Of a DNA stretch of 64,000 nucleotides, positions 1 through 10,670 are shown one piece after another (position 1 is the first letter of the stretch; each line of letters opens with the position of its first letter). Origin of the DNA: an uncultured virus (IMG/VR IMGVR_UViG_3300028586_000785) (lineage: Duplodnaviria; Heunggongvirae; Uroviricota; Caudoviricetes); the IMG/VR virus record IMGVR_UViG_3300028586_000785. One strand, 5' to 3'. Made by a program: the position numbers and the translations under genes. The notes beneath the pieces are model-generated. The model saw only the letters and a program-made list of their open reading frames with translations, was not told where the DNA came from and searched no databases.

Positions 1-397
1 TCATTACGAAGTCTCGCTCTTGCTGACTTAGCCTCTTGTCAAAAACAGAGACACCAACGGCGCTATCTGTCCATATGACTCGGAACCCTTCACGAGAAAT
101 TGACTGGCTGGTGTTGCCATCGACAGAAAAGTCATTGACAACACCAACCGGACAAACACATACGTTCTCATGACCGAGAGAAGACTTTATGTCTTCCGAA
201 CGAGACCTCACGTCTTCGAAAGTACCACCTTCGAGAATCTGAAAAGTCTCCACGTTCATGTCTAGAACACCCTCGGGGCGCTCTAATTTGGTTAGCCTAG
301 AGAGCGGAAGTGTAGATTTCCAGAACTTCCTTCTGTCTGCTATTTCTTTGCTGTATTGGATACGTTGTACCCATTTAGGTGCGTTCATGGCAGACAT
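1..397 (-). CDS. Hypothetical protein, 3' end truncated by window edge
   Basis: Read manually: ATG at 397 (MSAMNAPKWVQRIQYSKE...), open to position 1, directly downstream of the SNF2 gene; not in the ORF track because it has no stop in the window. Confidence 0.7.
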   Translation of the reverse strand, partial: MSAMNAPKWVQRIQYSKEIADRRKFWKSTLPLSRLTKLERPEGVLDMNVETFQILEGGTFEDVRSRSEDIKSSLGHENVCVCPVGVVNDFSVDGNTSQSISREGFRVIWTDSAVGVSVFDKRLSQQERDFVM

Positions 398-411
398 AAT
401 TGTAGTCCCTC

Positions 412-2649
412 TTAGGCGGCAACTCCGACTTCTTTGGTCTTTCTGAGGATGGATCTCACAAGAGTCTCTACAGACTCGCTCTTCATCTCGGTAATCAATT
501 CATCCTGACCTTCGCCGTCGATAACTGCGTTGAAGGTAGCCTTCTTGATTCGGTTCATTTGAAGCAACCTGGGGTCTTCTGTACCGTCAACAACAGCATA
601 GTGAATGTTGGCATCGTGGGGAGGGAAGTCCTCAGAAAGTCGCGCCCAGCATCGACCAGCCATCTGAACGACCCATGACGGCACGAATGGAATCTCATGT
701 AGGTAGACATCCTTTGCGGCAGTAAGGGTGTGTCCCTCACGAGCAGCCATGCTGCAAATCATCAGGCGGTACCGGTCGTCCTTCTGGAACATTCTCTTGT
801 GCTGCTGAATGCTGTCACCAGACTGATCTCCACCAGGAAGGATGGTCAAGATACCGTACTTCTGTAGGTCTGGGTGCTCGATTAGAGCCTTACGGGGGTC
901 TTGGTGGTGAACGAATACGATAAGTTTCTGGCGTGTTTCGTCGCCTCCGGTCACTTCGGGGTCACCTGCCATAAACTTGTGAATCCACTCCACCGTGCCG
1001 TCAACCTTACCCAGCCCCAACCACTGACGAATCTTTGTAAGGCGCATCATTGCTTCACCGTTGTCAAGCTTCCTAGTGATCTCCATAACAGCCTTTTTGA
1101 TGGAGATGTTCTCCGTCTTTGCAAGCTCGCGAGCCTGATTGATTGCCCAGTCGCGGAACTCCTCATCCAAGCGCTCGTACTCCGCCCAAGCGTTCTCTGT
1201 CATAGAGATCTTGATGACGTTCTCGGTCAACTTAGGGAGAGGGTGCATAACATCAGACTTGCGTCGTCTAACCATTCCCGTATCAATGAGTAGTTTGTGA
1301 AGTTCCTTGACGTTTGCTGCACCCTTGTTCTGCCACAGGTGGAACTTGTCAAACTTGGCATCACAGAAGTAGTACTCGAATGCGCCCTTATCGGTAAGTG
1401 GTACTTCGAGGAAGCGAGGATTCTTTGAGCTTGCAGCACGCTTGAAGTCAAACTTGGGGTTCTTGATCTCCATCGTCGTCCTATCTAGCTTAGAGCGAGC
1501 GAACTTAGCGAAGATTTCGCTGATGCCGAGAATCTCCAAAAGGCTCCAAAGCTCAATAGGCGCGTTGAGGAACGGAGTTCCACTTGCCATGATAATGAAC
1601 GGCTCCACATTGTCTTTCTCAGCCTGCTTGATGATGTGCTTAGATAGCTGGTGAGCAGCAACGGTTCTCTTTGATGCATCGTTCTTGTAGACGTGACACT
1701 CATCAGCAATAAAGCCGAGAGGGTTGAGAGCAATGAGGTCATCTACACGATTCGAAATGATGTCGTGGTTGATGATGTAGAAGTCCTTACCCGGTTCCAG
1801 CGGCGCTGGCTTGGCACCATTGATGATTTCAACCTGTGCTTCGGACCACCACTTGAGAACCTCTTCACCAATCTCTTCCTTCATGGACTTAGTGACAGCG
1901 ATAACCACGGGGAACTTACCGTGCTTGATACCGTCCTTGCCATTACGGAACTGGTTGACAGCAAGTGAAGTGCCAACGAATGAGCCACCCTTTCCAAGAC
2001 CAACCTGATCGGTAAGTAGGCTAGTTCCTTGGTATGCCATCGCGAGGATGGATTCACGCTGCCAGGGCTTGTATTCACGGTTAGTGAGGAATACAGCAGG
2101 GTCGGGAAGCTCGATACCCTCGGCAAGAGAGTCCTCGACTAGCTGCGAGAGCACAGAACGCCACTCAGCACGCCCTTCGATAGCATCAGCGAGGTTGACT
2201 GAGATAGAGATACCATAAAGGAATAGAACGGCTTCAATCTGGTCAATGTCGGCAGTCTTTAGGTTGACCACCCAGCCAGCCAACGGAATGCTGTAGAAGT
2301 ACTTCTTGTCCATTTTGGCAATCTGGTCTGAAAGCGTCAGAGCATAGGGAGCCTGAATGATCATGTGATTCCCGAACAGCCAAGCGCTCGGCTCGGGCTG
2401 AATCAGGAACTGATTAGTTCTCGCCCACAGAGCATCTTCTACGCCCGCCTCGATCCAAGGGAATTCCTCTTTGAGTGCCAGAAGGTGTTCCTTGGCAGCA
2501 GAAATCTTGCCCATCGGCAGAACCTTGTTGCTCGTAGATGGGTCTTCGGTGAGAAGATAGTCGATCTTCTTAGATAGGTCGGCATCAAGCACCTCGATGA
2601 GGTCGGGCTTGGTTGTGACTACTTTTAGGATCTCGTTACTCATGGACAC
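412..2649 (-). CDS. SNF2-family (SWI2/SNF2-like) helicase/ATPase
   Basis: Motif I-like LTDQVGLGKG, DECH box, ASGTPFLNAPIELWSLL, RRRKSDV..LP, motif VI-like QMAGRCWAR. Confidence 0.85.
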   Translation of the reverse strand: MSMSNEILKVVTTKPDLIEVLDADLSKKIDYLLTEDPSTSNKVLPMGKISAAKEHLLALKEEFPWIEAGVEDALWARTNQFLIQPEPSAWLFGNHMIIQAPYALTLSDQIAKMDKKYFYSIPLAGWVVNLKTADIDQIEAVLFLYGISISVNLADAIEGRAEWRSVLSQLVEDSLAEGIELPDPAVFLTNREYKPWQRESILAMAYQGTSLLTDQVGLGKGGSFVGTSLAVNQFRNGKDGIKHGKFPVVIAVTKSMKEEIGEEVLKWWSEAQVEIINGAKPAPLEPGKDFYIINHDIISNRVDDLIALNPLGFIADECHVYKNDASKRTVAAHQLSKHIIKQAEKDNVEPFIIMASGTPFLNAPIELWSLLEILGISEIFAKFARSKLDRTTMEIKNPKFDFKRAASSKNPRFLEVPLTDKGAFEYYFCDAKFDKFHLWQNKGAANVKELHKLLIDTGMVRRRKSDVMHPLPKLTENVIKISMTENAWAEYERLDEEFRDWAINQARELAKTENISIKKAVMEITRKLDNGEAMMRLTKIRQWLGLGKVDGTVEWIHKFMAGDPEVTGGDETRQKLIVFVHHQDPRKALIEHPDLQKYGILTILPGGDQSGDSIQQHKRMFQKDDRYRLMICSMAAREGHTLTAAKDVYLHEIPFVPSWVVQMAGRCWARLSEDFPPHDANIHYAVVDGTEDPRLLQMNRIKKATFNAVIDGEGQDELITEMKSESVETLVRSILRKTKEVGVAA

Positions 2650-2777
2650 GCTTTCGATATAGTTGCACCATCATACACAACCCAGCGCTTTTGTCCAGCA
2701 ATCTTTATCGGAAATAGACGTAGACTTGGCTCACCTTGTTTGGTACAGTGTCACCCAAGCGATAAGAGGAATGTACG

Positions 2778-4214
2778 TTGGCAGAACAAAGCGAAAGCAT
2801 CATTGACCTCCCCGCAGCAGTCGAACTCGAACAGGATATCCTAGGAACCTGTCTAGTTGAAGGCTCTGTGTGGTGGAGAAAAGTTGAACAGGCGGCAGAA
2901 GGTATCGAGATCACCGATCTCTTCTTTGAGCCAGACCATAGGCTAGTAGCTAAGGCAATGAGTGCCCTCTACAACAACGGTACGCCAATCACTTCATCGT
3001 CCGTCATTGACGAGGTTTTGCTTCACCGTGAGTCGAATAGCCTTGTACCTTCGGTACCAGCATATATCTCTATCCTACAAGCATCCGGTAGCCTCCGCTC
3101 CCCCGATGAGGTTTCTTCTGCCGCCAAGAAGCTAGTAGAGAAGCAGCGCCTCCGCTCATTCATCAGTGGAATGCGCGAACAGGTGAAGATTGCTGGTCAG
3201 GACCAGCCCAATCCTAATGAAATCGCTTCTGCGCTGCGTAGCCTAGCTAGCGACCAGAGCATGATGACAACCGATATCAAGACATTCGGTGAGCAGCTTG
3301 ATTACCATGAAGAGCAGTCTGGACTTGCAGTTTCGGTTCGGGCATCGTCTGGAGTTCGCTCCCTCGATTTGAGACTTCAGGGAGGCTTCGGTTCTGGAAG
3401 CTTGACGATTATCGCTGCTCGACCCAAGGTAGGTAAGACTACTGTTATGCTCAACGCCATCCTCGCCAACCTACAGGATGGTCTCGTTGTGGTCTTTGCG
3501 TCATTGGAGCTTGGCTACAAAGAGGTCTACTCCAAGATGATGTCGGCGCTTTCTATGGTTCCTCAGCGTGATATCGCTGACTGGCTGGATAACAAGCGCA
3601 AGCTAGAAAGCTTCGAGCCGGATGAGATTGAAGAACTTGAGCGAGCCAAAAGCGAACTACGCGCCGCCATGTTCTACCCAATGTTCACCAATGACATTAC
3701 GCATGGTGTGGACACGATTATCGCCGGAGCATGGCAGGCACAGCAGCGTCATCCTGATCGAAAGATGGTTGTCTACATTGACTATGCCCAGCTTCTAGTT
3801 GAGGGTGTAGCTAACCGAACTGCCGAGATTGGTCAGGTAGCTAGAAAGCTAAAGGTGTTCGCTCAGGAGGTTGATGGACCAGTCATTATGGCTGCTCAGG
3901 TGAACCGTGATTCCGGTAAGAACGAAGAGGATGGAATGCCCAAGCCTCACCAGCTACGTGAGTCTGGTGACCTGGAGCAGACCGCTGACAACGTAATCAT
4001 GCTGAACCGTAAGGCTTTGCAGGATGAGACCCAGCCGGAGCATGTCATGGACATGTGGCTAGCTCTCGTTCGTTCTGGTGAGGCAGGTGAATGCCAGGCG
4101 TACTACAACCCTAGAATTCAGTACGTTACCGATATCCAAGAGGCAGATGCTGTCGCTGGTGTCAACATGGGTTCTGAATCAACATCGTCGTCGTTCGAGG
4201 AATACCAGGACTAA
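2778..4214 (+). CDS. dnaB: Replicative DNA helicase DnaB
   Basis: N-terminal P.AVELEQDILG...FFEPDHRL; Walker A AARPKVGKT; FASLE; IDYAQL; AQVNR; LRESGDLEQTADNVIML. Confidence 0.95.
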   Translation: MAEQSESIIDLPAAVELEQDILGTCLVEGSVWWRKVEQAAEGIEITDLFFEPDHRLVAKAMSALYNNGTPITSSSVIDEVLLHRESNSLVPSVPAYISILQASGSLRSPDEVSSAAKKLVEKQRLRSFISGMREQVKIAGQDQPNPNEIASALRSLASDQSMMTTDIKTFGEQLDYHEEQSGLAVSVRASSGVRSLDLRLQGGFGSGSLTIIAARPKVGKTTVMLNAILANLQDGLVVVFASLELGYKEVYSKMMSALSMVPQRDIADWLDNKRKLESFEPDEIEELERAKSELRAAMFYPMFTNDITHGVDTIIAGAWQAQQRHPDRKMVVYIDYAQLLVEGVANRTAEIGQVARKLKVFAQEVDGPVIMAAQVNRDSGKNEEDGMPKPHQLRESGDLEQTADNVIMLNRKALQDETQPEHVMDMWLALVRSGEAGECQAYYNPRIQYVTDIQEADAVAGVNMGSESTSSSFEEYQD

Positions 4215-4233
4215 GAAAAACACAAACAAAGAC

Positions 4234-4258
4234 GGGCGGGGAGCTTAGCTCCCCGCCC
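4234..4258. terminator. Bidirectional intrinsic terminator between convergent dnaB and dnaE
   Basis: GGGCGGGGAGC-TTA-GCTCCCCGCCC perfect 11-bp stem; A-rich upstream, T-rich downstream. Confidence 0.8.
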
Positions 4259-4273
4259 TTCTTGCGTACCCCG

Positions 4274-7200
4274 CTACTCTGACTCGAAAGTCACTCCGGT
4301 GATCTTTGAGATGCGCTGAATTCCCCTGAGGCTAATCTTAGATCCTTCCTCAGATGCGTAGGTCTTCTTGCCATGCTTGATAGTGATGAACACAGAACCC
4401 TCCACCATGCTCTCCATAGCGTTCATAAGGTCGCGAACTTCATCCTGCGTCTCAGCAAAGAATGTCACCTTAGACAACTCACTCTTATCTTCAACAGGAG
4501 CAGCGACAACCTTCTCTTCAACCACAGGAGCGGCTACCTCTTCTTCTGCCGGTGCAACCCCTCTGCGCCTGTTTCGACGTGATGAGATGAGTGCTGCATA
4601 CTCAGCCTCTTCGTCAGCCTTGCTCTTTTCAGAGACTGGCTCTACCGGTGCTTCTCCACGAGCCACACGGCGCTCAGCACGCTTCTTGTTCGTTACCGCA
4701 CGAGCAAGGTCTTCCGGGTTGGCAGACGACACGAGCCTGTTTGTGCCACTGATGATGTCATCGATAGAGCTAGTAGATACGTTGGTAGCTCTAATCTCAA
4801 TCTTTTCGTAGGGGTTACCGTCAGCATCCGAGAACTCTCGAACCTGATATGTACCACCAACAACGGCAAACTGACCGTTGTTCACAGCAGAATCGGTACC
4901 GCCGTACCAAACAACATCAATCGCTTCACCGCTATCGTTTTCAAGGATGAAGCTGTGCTGAGGACGACCGCCACCCTTGGACTGGCGAACCTTGTGAGCC
5001 GTAACTGTTCCATACAAGAACACCTGCTCACCCTCAGAGATTGGACGAATACCATCTTCGCGGTTCTTCTCCATCTCACTTTCAACCTTGCTAATAGCCC
5101 TGGTGAAAATGCCCATTTCGATAGCCCGCGAGTCAACCTTGCCGTCAGCCTGATACGAAGGGATAAGACCCTTGATTAGGGTGTACGGGTGGTCACCAGC
5201 AGCAAAGCCAAGTGCTTCAATCTCAGCCGAGATCTTGTCAGCGATTGAGTACTCATCACCTACGAGGTCAAAGCTAGAGAGAGGCTCTTCGGTCTCGAAC
5301 GAATCAAAGAGATCGTACATTCCAACAGTCGCCTTAGCGGATTTTGCTGCCACTCTGCTCTCAGCAAGCATTTCCTCAAGGTTGCTGTGAAGTGACATTC
5401 TCGAACCAATGAGGTTGTCGAATGCTCCGGCAGCAGTGAGGTGGAAGATAGCCTGCTTGTTGATACCACCGGCACCTGCCATACGAACCATGAAGTCACC
5501 AACGGAAGAGAAATCGCCATTACGGCTTCTCTCCGCCAGGATGTTGGTCAGCGTGCTACCACCACAGTTGCGCACACCTGAAAGACCAAGCCAAATAGCA
5601 TCCTTGGTCGTGGTCGAATCACCATTGGACTGGTTGATGTTAGGAGGGAACACATTGACACGCATTTTACGAGCCGAAGCAACCTGAGCGGTTCGACGCT
5701 CTCTATCCTGGGTGTCAATACAGGCGGCAGCATACTGTGCCGTGTAGTTAGCCTTGAGCCAAGCAGTCCAGTAGGCGATGTATGCGTAAACAACCGAGTG
5801 TGCCTTGTTGAAGGCGTAAGCAGCGAACGGAGGAATCATTGCCCACAGGTCATTGGCGACCTTTTCGCCGTATCCTCGCTCGATCACACCAGCCTTGAAA
5901 GGAACCTCCTGAGCAGCAAGCTTCTCAGCATCCTTCTTACCCACAGCCTTACGGAAGTCGTCAGCCTGTGTAGCCGAGTATCCAGCATAGTGCTGCGAGA
6001 GCGCCATGACCTGCTCCTGGTAGCAAAGAACTCCATAAGTCTCTGCGAACATCTCACGCATGTGCTCGTGGGGTACCTCAACCTTAGCTCTACCATTCTT
6101 TGCCTCAGCATAAGCAAGGTGAAGGTCGGTACCCATAGGTCCGGGTCGGTACAGAGCGATAACAGCCGAAAGGTCTTCGACGCTATCTGGGTCAACACGC
6201 CGCAAAAGGTCTCGCATACCGGGAGAGGTAAGCTGGAACACACCGTCAGTCTCACCAGTAGCGAGCATCTTGAATGTCTTCTTGTCATCGAGCGGAATCT
6301 TGTCGATATCGATCTGCACACCGAGGTCACGCTTGATAGAGACAAGTGCTTTCTTGATGATTTCGAGGTTGATAAGACCCAGGAAGTCCATCTTTAGACC
6401 ACCAGCAGCTTCCATGTCTACCGCGTCATACTCACAGACAGGAACCTTGTCATCTTCCTTCTTGGAGCGGTGCAGAGGGAAGAAGTTCGTGAGAACGTCA
6501 GGCGTGATAAGAACACCAGCAGCATGCGTACCGTGGTTATTGTGAGTGCGTTCCACGCCCATAGCGATACGGAACATCTCTTTGATTTCGTCATCTCGCT
6601 GCGAGAATTCACGGATAGCACGACCTGCTCGCCAGTGGTGGTAGTACTTGTGCTTCTCATCGGGACTAGTGGGAGCCATGACGGCTTCGAGAGTAGCCTC
6701 GACACCATCAATGGAACCCGGCCAGAGACCGGATGCGATAGAGCCAACCTTGTTACTGATACCCAAGATGAACGCAGCCTTTTGAAGGGCTGACTTAGGC
6801 TTGAACACCGAATAGGTTGCAATCTTCGCTACTCGGTCGTAGCCGTACTTCTCCTGTGCATATTTCACCATGTGCACACGGCTGGAAGGCTCGAAGTCGA
6901 TATCGATATCAGGCATCGACTTTCTACCAGGGTTCAGGAATCTCTCAAAGTACAGACCGTATCTGATGGGGTCCACCTTGGTGATACCCGTAGTGTAGGA
7001 GACAATTGAGCCAGGAGCGGAACCACGACCAGGACCAACGAGGTATCCCATGTTCTCAGCAGCCTTGATGAGGTCAGCCGTCATCAAGAAGTAACCATTG
7101 AAGCCCATGCTGTTGATAACGCCAAGCTCGTAGTCGATCTTCTCAACGACGTTCTGGGGCAGCTTCTTGTCCTTACCCACTCCATAGCGCTCCTTGGCAC

Positions 7201-8170
7201 CAAGGATAACCTCTTCCCTAAGCTGCTCGGATTCTGTCTTTCCGTCGTCAGTCGGGAAGGTAGGGATTAGGTATCCATCAGGGTCGTGCAGACCAATCTT
7301 GATGTCTCTTGCTCGCTCTTCGATGACAAGCGTGTTGGCGCATGCGTCAGGGAATTCTTCATGAGGGAAGAGCTTGTACATCTCTTCACTGGTGCGGAAG
7401 TAGTTCTCGTCGGAAGAGAATCGGAATCGGTGCTCGTCAGCGAGCTTAGCACCGGCAGTCTGCATGGTGATGAGGGCATCGTGCATTTCTGCTTCATGCT
7501 TGTGGTTGTAGTGCGAGTCCTGGGTGGCAACCAAAGGCGCTCCGATAGCCTTTGCGAGCGCAAGCTGATCAGGGATGATCTGTAGCTGCTCGGGAATGTT
7601 GTGGTTCTGGACCTCGATGAAGTAGTTGTCCTTACCAAACATGTCCTGGTGACGACCAGCTAGGGCAACAGCCTTATTGAAATCACCCTCCATAAGTGCC
7701 TTGTTGACGATGGAACCAAGGCAGCCACTGGTTGCGACAATTCCTTCGTGGTTTTCTGCCAGAAGGGCATCGTCCACTAGGGGCTTGTAGTAGTAGTTCT
7801 CCAATGAAGATACCGACTGGATCTTCATGAGGTTCTTGTAACCCGCTGTACTCGTGGCAAGAAGAATCATGTGGTATCTAGTCTTGCTGGGGGTAATACC
7901 CTTCTCACGCTGAGACTTGATCTCCTGAGCATCCTCTACATAGTAGGCTTCTAGACCAGGGATGGGCGTAAAGTCGTTGCCAGCCTTCTTCTGAGCGTCA
8001 GCAGCTTCCAGCAGCTTGATGATACCCGCCATTGTTCCGTGGTCAGTGATAGCAACACCAGGCTGGTTGTACTCCGCAGCAAGCCGCACGATATCCGGTA
8101 CTGACGACTTACCGTCGAGTAGCGAATAATCAGAGTGGGTGTGCAAGTGCACAAACTTGTTATCAGTCAA
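4274..8170 (-). CDS. dnaE: DNA polymerase III alpha subunit (DnaE), with charged C-terminal extension
   Basis: PHP motifs HLHTHSDYSLLDG and AITDHG; GPGRGSAPGS; FERFLNPGRKSMPDIDIDF; KMDFLGL; YAFNKAHS; OB-fold region. Confidence 0.97.
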   Translation of the reverse strand: MTDNKFVHLHTHSDYSLLDGKSSVPDIVRLAAEYNQPGVAITDHGTMAGIIKLLEAADAQKKAGNDFTPIPGLEAYYVEDAQEIKSQREKGITPSKTRYHMILLATSTAGYKNLMKIQSVSSLENYYYKPLVDDALLAENHEGIVATSGCLGSIVNKALMEGDFNKAVALAGRHQDMFGKDNYFIEVQNHNIPEQLQIIPDQLALAKAIGAPLVATQDSHYNHKHEAEMHDALITMQTAGAKLADEHRFRFSSDENYFRTSEEMYKLFPHEEFPDACANTLVIEERARDIKIGLHDPDGYLIPTFPTDDGKTESEQLREEVILGAKERYGVGKDKKLPQNVVEKIDYELGVINSMGFNGYFLMTADLIKAAENMGYLVGPGRGSAPGSIVSYTTGITKVDPIRYGLYFERFLNPGRKSMPDIDIDFEPSSRVHMVKYAQEKYGYDRVAKIATYSVFKPKSALQKAAFILGISNKVGSIASGLWPGSIDGVEATLEAVMAPTSPDEKHKYYHHWRAGRAIREFSQRDDEIKEMFRIAMGVERTHNNHGTHAAGVLITPDVLTNFFPLHRSKKEDDKVPVCEYDAVDMEAAGGLKMDFLGLINLEIIKKALVSIKRDLGVQIDIDKIPLDDKKTFKMLATGETDGVFQLTSPGMRDLLRRVDPDSVEDLSAVIALYRPGPMGTDLHLAYAEAKNGRAKVEVPHEHMREMFAETYGVLCYQEQVMALSQHYAGYSATQADDFRKAVGKKDAEKLAAQEVPFKAGVIERGYGEKVANDLWAMIPPFAAYAFNKAHSVVYAYIAYWTAWLKANYTAQYAAACIDTQDRERRTAQVASARKMRVNVFPPNINQSNGDSTTTKDAIWLGLSGVRNCGGSTLTNILAERSRNGDFSSVGDFMVRMAGAGGINKQAIFHLTAAGAFDNLIGSRMSLHSNLEEMLAESRVAAKSAKATVGMYDLFDSFETEEPLSSFDLVGDEYSIADKISAEIEALGFAAGDHPYTLIKGLIPSYQADGKVDSRAIEMGIFTRAISKVESEMEKNREDGIRPISEGEQVFLYGTVTAHKVRQSKGGGRPQHSFILENDSGEAIDVVWYGGTDSAVNNGQFAVVGGTYQVREFSDADGNPYEKIEIRATNVSTSSIDDIISGTNRLVSSANPEDLARAVTNKKRAERRVARGEAPVEPVSEKSKADEEAEYAALISSRRNRRRGVAPAEEEVAAPVVEEKVVAAPVEDKSELSKVTFFAETQDEVRDLMNAMESMVEGSVFITIKHGKKTYASEEGSKISLRGIQRISKITGVTFESE

Positions 8171-8242
8171 TTTCTAAACCTCATGCCTTATGTCCCGACA
8201 GATTACCATACGGTTTCTCGTCGGACAAGAGCAATCTGAGAG

Positions 8243-8512
8243 CTACATTGAATGAATTACGTTCGCCCAGAAGAGCAAGTGAAAGAACAAGAATACGCCG
8301 CATAGCGTTACAGAAACCCAAGGCATAACGACAAACCTACCGCGAACTTTTGCTCCGAACGCAGTTGCTGTAAAAGCAAGGATGAGACCAACCAAAGGGG
8401 CGATAACACCCGCCAGAATACCGAGAATGCTAAACCTCATAGACCAGTATGCAAGGAACTTCTTGGCTTCGGGTGTCTGCGCCAATGCATAAGCGGTGGT
8501 CGAATTAGGCAT
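8243..8512 (-). CDS. Small membrane protein (2-3 TM helices)
   Basis: Start re-called to MPNSTT (8512), overlapping the upstream AAA stop; hydrophobic stretches. Confidence 0.6.
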   Translation of the reverse strand: MPNSTTAYALAQTPEAKKFLAYWSMRFSILGILAGVIAPLVGLILAFTATAFGAKVRGRFVVMPWVSVTLCGVFLFFHLLFWANVIHSM

Positions 8513-9914
8513 TGTTAGCCTTTGCTTGCGCAACGCTGTTTCTGATGTTCTCCTTGATGCTTTCTGATACGAATGCCGGAACAACACTTACACCGCGAGG
8601 CAGTGCACCATTCTGGACTCCCTTTGCGCCTACCTTGGTTGCTAGATCAACGACATACTGATGAAGACCCATTGAGAAACCCTCATCTTGTGACAAGGTA
8701 GCAAACGACCAAGCGGAGACGTATGCATCGATAGAGAATCCTCGTTTCGTGACAATATCCATGAGACCTTGAATCATCTTGATCGATGCAGCATGGTCGA
8801 TGAGTTCGTCATTAGCCATGACGTGAATAGTCTCTCTTACAGCCTTGACGTTTTTGTCGGAAGGAATGCTTGTCATGCTGATACCAAGGTCTCTGACCTT
8901 CTGGATAACGTCTTCCGGCGAGTATCTCCTAGACTCCTGCTCGGTAATCTTGGACATCTTGTCAGCCCATGTGTTCCCGAGCAGAGCACGAGTCGTTTCG
9001 ATGATGTAGAACTTACGAACACCCGGCTTAGCACTCGCAAAAACGTTGTCGATGAGTTCGATCATCCTGCCTAGCTCGGTAACAGACCTTTCGGTGTGTT
9101 CCATACTGTCATACGGAACTAGTTCTTCAGGGAGCCAGTTCTTGCTTCTGAAGGCATCTTTACTTGATTGAACAAGAAGCTCGTTGATGTACCACTGAAC
9201 ACCGGGCGTGGGTGCCTCTTGCGGTCTATTGAACCCAGAACTCCATTCCTCTAGGAATAGCTCTACATCACCGTACCAGGCTACGTGACCGCCTCGGTTG
9301 ATGACCTGCTCGCCAAGCTCGTTTACGGTAGAAACCGTACCCTCGGGGTTGGCTGCCATTGCAATGCTGATATAAGGCTGGATGTTCTTGTCGCCATAGT
9401 GTCCGTGGGTCATCAAGCCCAGCAAAGCGTGCTGCTGGGCTGGCAGACAGGTTGTCATCTCATCCATGAACAAGATGGTGAGACCGTGATGGTCGTCCCA
9501 ATACTTGATAATCTGGTCTACCACGGAAGGTAGTGAGCGCTTCATTACGGTTTCGCCGCTATGCTCATCCAGCGAGGTAAACATCATGCCGTGAATGACC
9601 GTAGGATCTTCCGTGCTTGGCTGGATGGTGATTACTTGGTAAGGAACACCGTTCTCATCTTTCAAGTCGGCTAGCGACTGAATTGATCGAGTTTTACGCG
9701 CACCAACCGGACCCCACAAAGTAATAGGAGTCTTGTTCGCCAGGAACAGCTTCAAGAGGTCCACAGCGACTCTTCTTGGGTTGTCTCTTAGCTCATCAAC
9801 ACTCTGAACCTCAGAAGCCCAAAGACCTTTGAAATCAGCGATGGGCATAAAGGAAGGCTGCTGTTGACCTACTGCTACCTCTGGTGCGGTAGTTTCACTG
9901 ATTTCATGATCCAC
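8505..9914 (-). CDS. MoxR-like AAA+ ATPase (copy 1, atypical Walker A)
   Basis: LWGPVGARKT (RKT in place of GKT), ILFMDEMTT...QHALL, MAANP, INR; paralogous to 40152..41453. Confidence 0.8.
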   Translation of the reverse strand: MDHEISETTAPEVAVGQQQPSFMPIADFKGLWASEVQSVDELRDNPRRVAVDLLKLFLANKTPITLWGPVGARKTRSIQSLADLKDENGVPYQVITIQPSTEDPTVIHGMMFTSLDEHSGETVMKRSLPSVVDQIIKYWDDHHGLTILFMDEMTTCLPAQQHALLGLMTHGHYGDKNIQPYISIAMAANPEGTVSTVNELGEQVINRGGHVAWYGDVELFLEEWSSGFNRPQEAPTPGVQWYINELLVQSSKDAFRSKNWLPEELVPYDSMEHTERSVTELGRMIELIDNVFASAKPGVRKFYIIETTRALLGNTWADKMSKITEQESRRYSPEDVIQKVRDLGISMTSIPSDKNVKAVRETIHVMANDELIDHAASIKMIQGLMDIVTKRGFSIDAYVSAWSFATLSQDEGFSMGLHQYVVDLATKVGAKGVQNGALPRGVSVVPAFVSESIKENIRNSVAQAKANNA

Positions 9915-9935
9915 AGGGTAAAGACTCCAATTTGC

Positions 9936-10670
9936 TTAGCGGAATGACTCTCCCGTAGCATTCACTCGGGTCAAGCTGCTGGAGATTCTATCCCATCCAG
10001 ATTCGCCAATCCACGAAGATAGACCTAATCCCTGGCTATTTGATGTCTGAATTGCCATGTTGGTGGTGATGATGGTCAGCTTGTTGGTCTTGCTCCATCT
10101 GGACTCAATGAGGTTCCAAAGAGCCTTCTGCTGATGGGGTGTGAGCGCCTCATTCACAGCACCGAGGTCGTCGATAACAAGCAGCCCAAAACTAGCGAAG
10201 TGCTTTACAGGATCTTCATGCTCATTCCGGAACGAGAACTCATTGATGAGCGTAACTGAGTTGATGAACGCTGCTGAGATCTCAAGTTCATGAACAAGCT
10301 TACGACCGATTGTTGCAGCAAGCGTTGACTTACCTGTTCCTGATGGACCCTGGATGATTAGGAACTGAGTGGGTTCCTCGATGTAGTCGGCAAGCTTGTT
10401 GACATCGGCATCGGAAAGCGAGCCATCCCAACCAGCATCCACATTGATAGTCTCCGGACCATCGGGGTCGGGATTCTTGATAGATCCACCAAAAATCTCC
10501 TTGATGGAGTGTCCTCTGTACTGATCGTTGACAGTAGCAAGCCATTGAGAATCTAGCTTGTGGATGTAGTCTTCTTTACTTTGTTCTACCGCCTGACGCA
10601 GACGTTCGAGTGAGCGCTCCATGTTTACCTTTTGCCTTTTGTAATCGGTTCTCTTTGGCTTGGATGCCAA
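9936..10670 (-). CDS. DnaC/IstB-like ATPase (helicase-loader-like)
   Basis: GPSGTGKSTLA, LLVIDDLGA, LIESRW..TIITTN, WDRI. Confidence 0.85.
   Translation of the reverse strand: MASKPKRTDYKRQKVNMERSLERLRQAVEQSKEDYIHKLDSQWLATVNDQYRGHSIKEIFGGSIKNPDPDGPETINVDAGWDGSLSDADVNKLADYIEEPTQFLIIQGPSGTGKSTLAATIGRKLVHELEISAAFINSVTLINEFSFRNEHEDPVKHFASFGLLVIDDLGAVNEALTPHQQKALWNLIESRWSKTNKLTIITTNMAIQTSNSQGLGLSSWIGESGWDRISSSLTRVNATGESFR

Noticed and set aside
2778..8170. Inteins in DnaB/DnaE (also checked NrdE)
   Set aside because: Motifs are colinear with normal spacing; no C...HN splice junctions or LAGLIDADG blocks seen
8205..8230. RecA-NDp-like promoter before dnaE (TGTCCG...TATGGT)
   Set aside because: Spacing is N11 rather than N10, with a core mismatch; not counted
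9936..10670. IS21 element (IstB-like ATPase)
   Set aside because: No IstA transposase or terminal repeats; context favours a DnaC-like role
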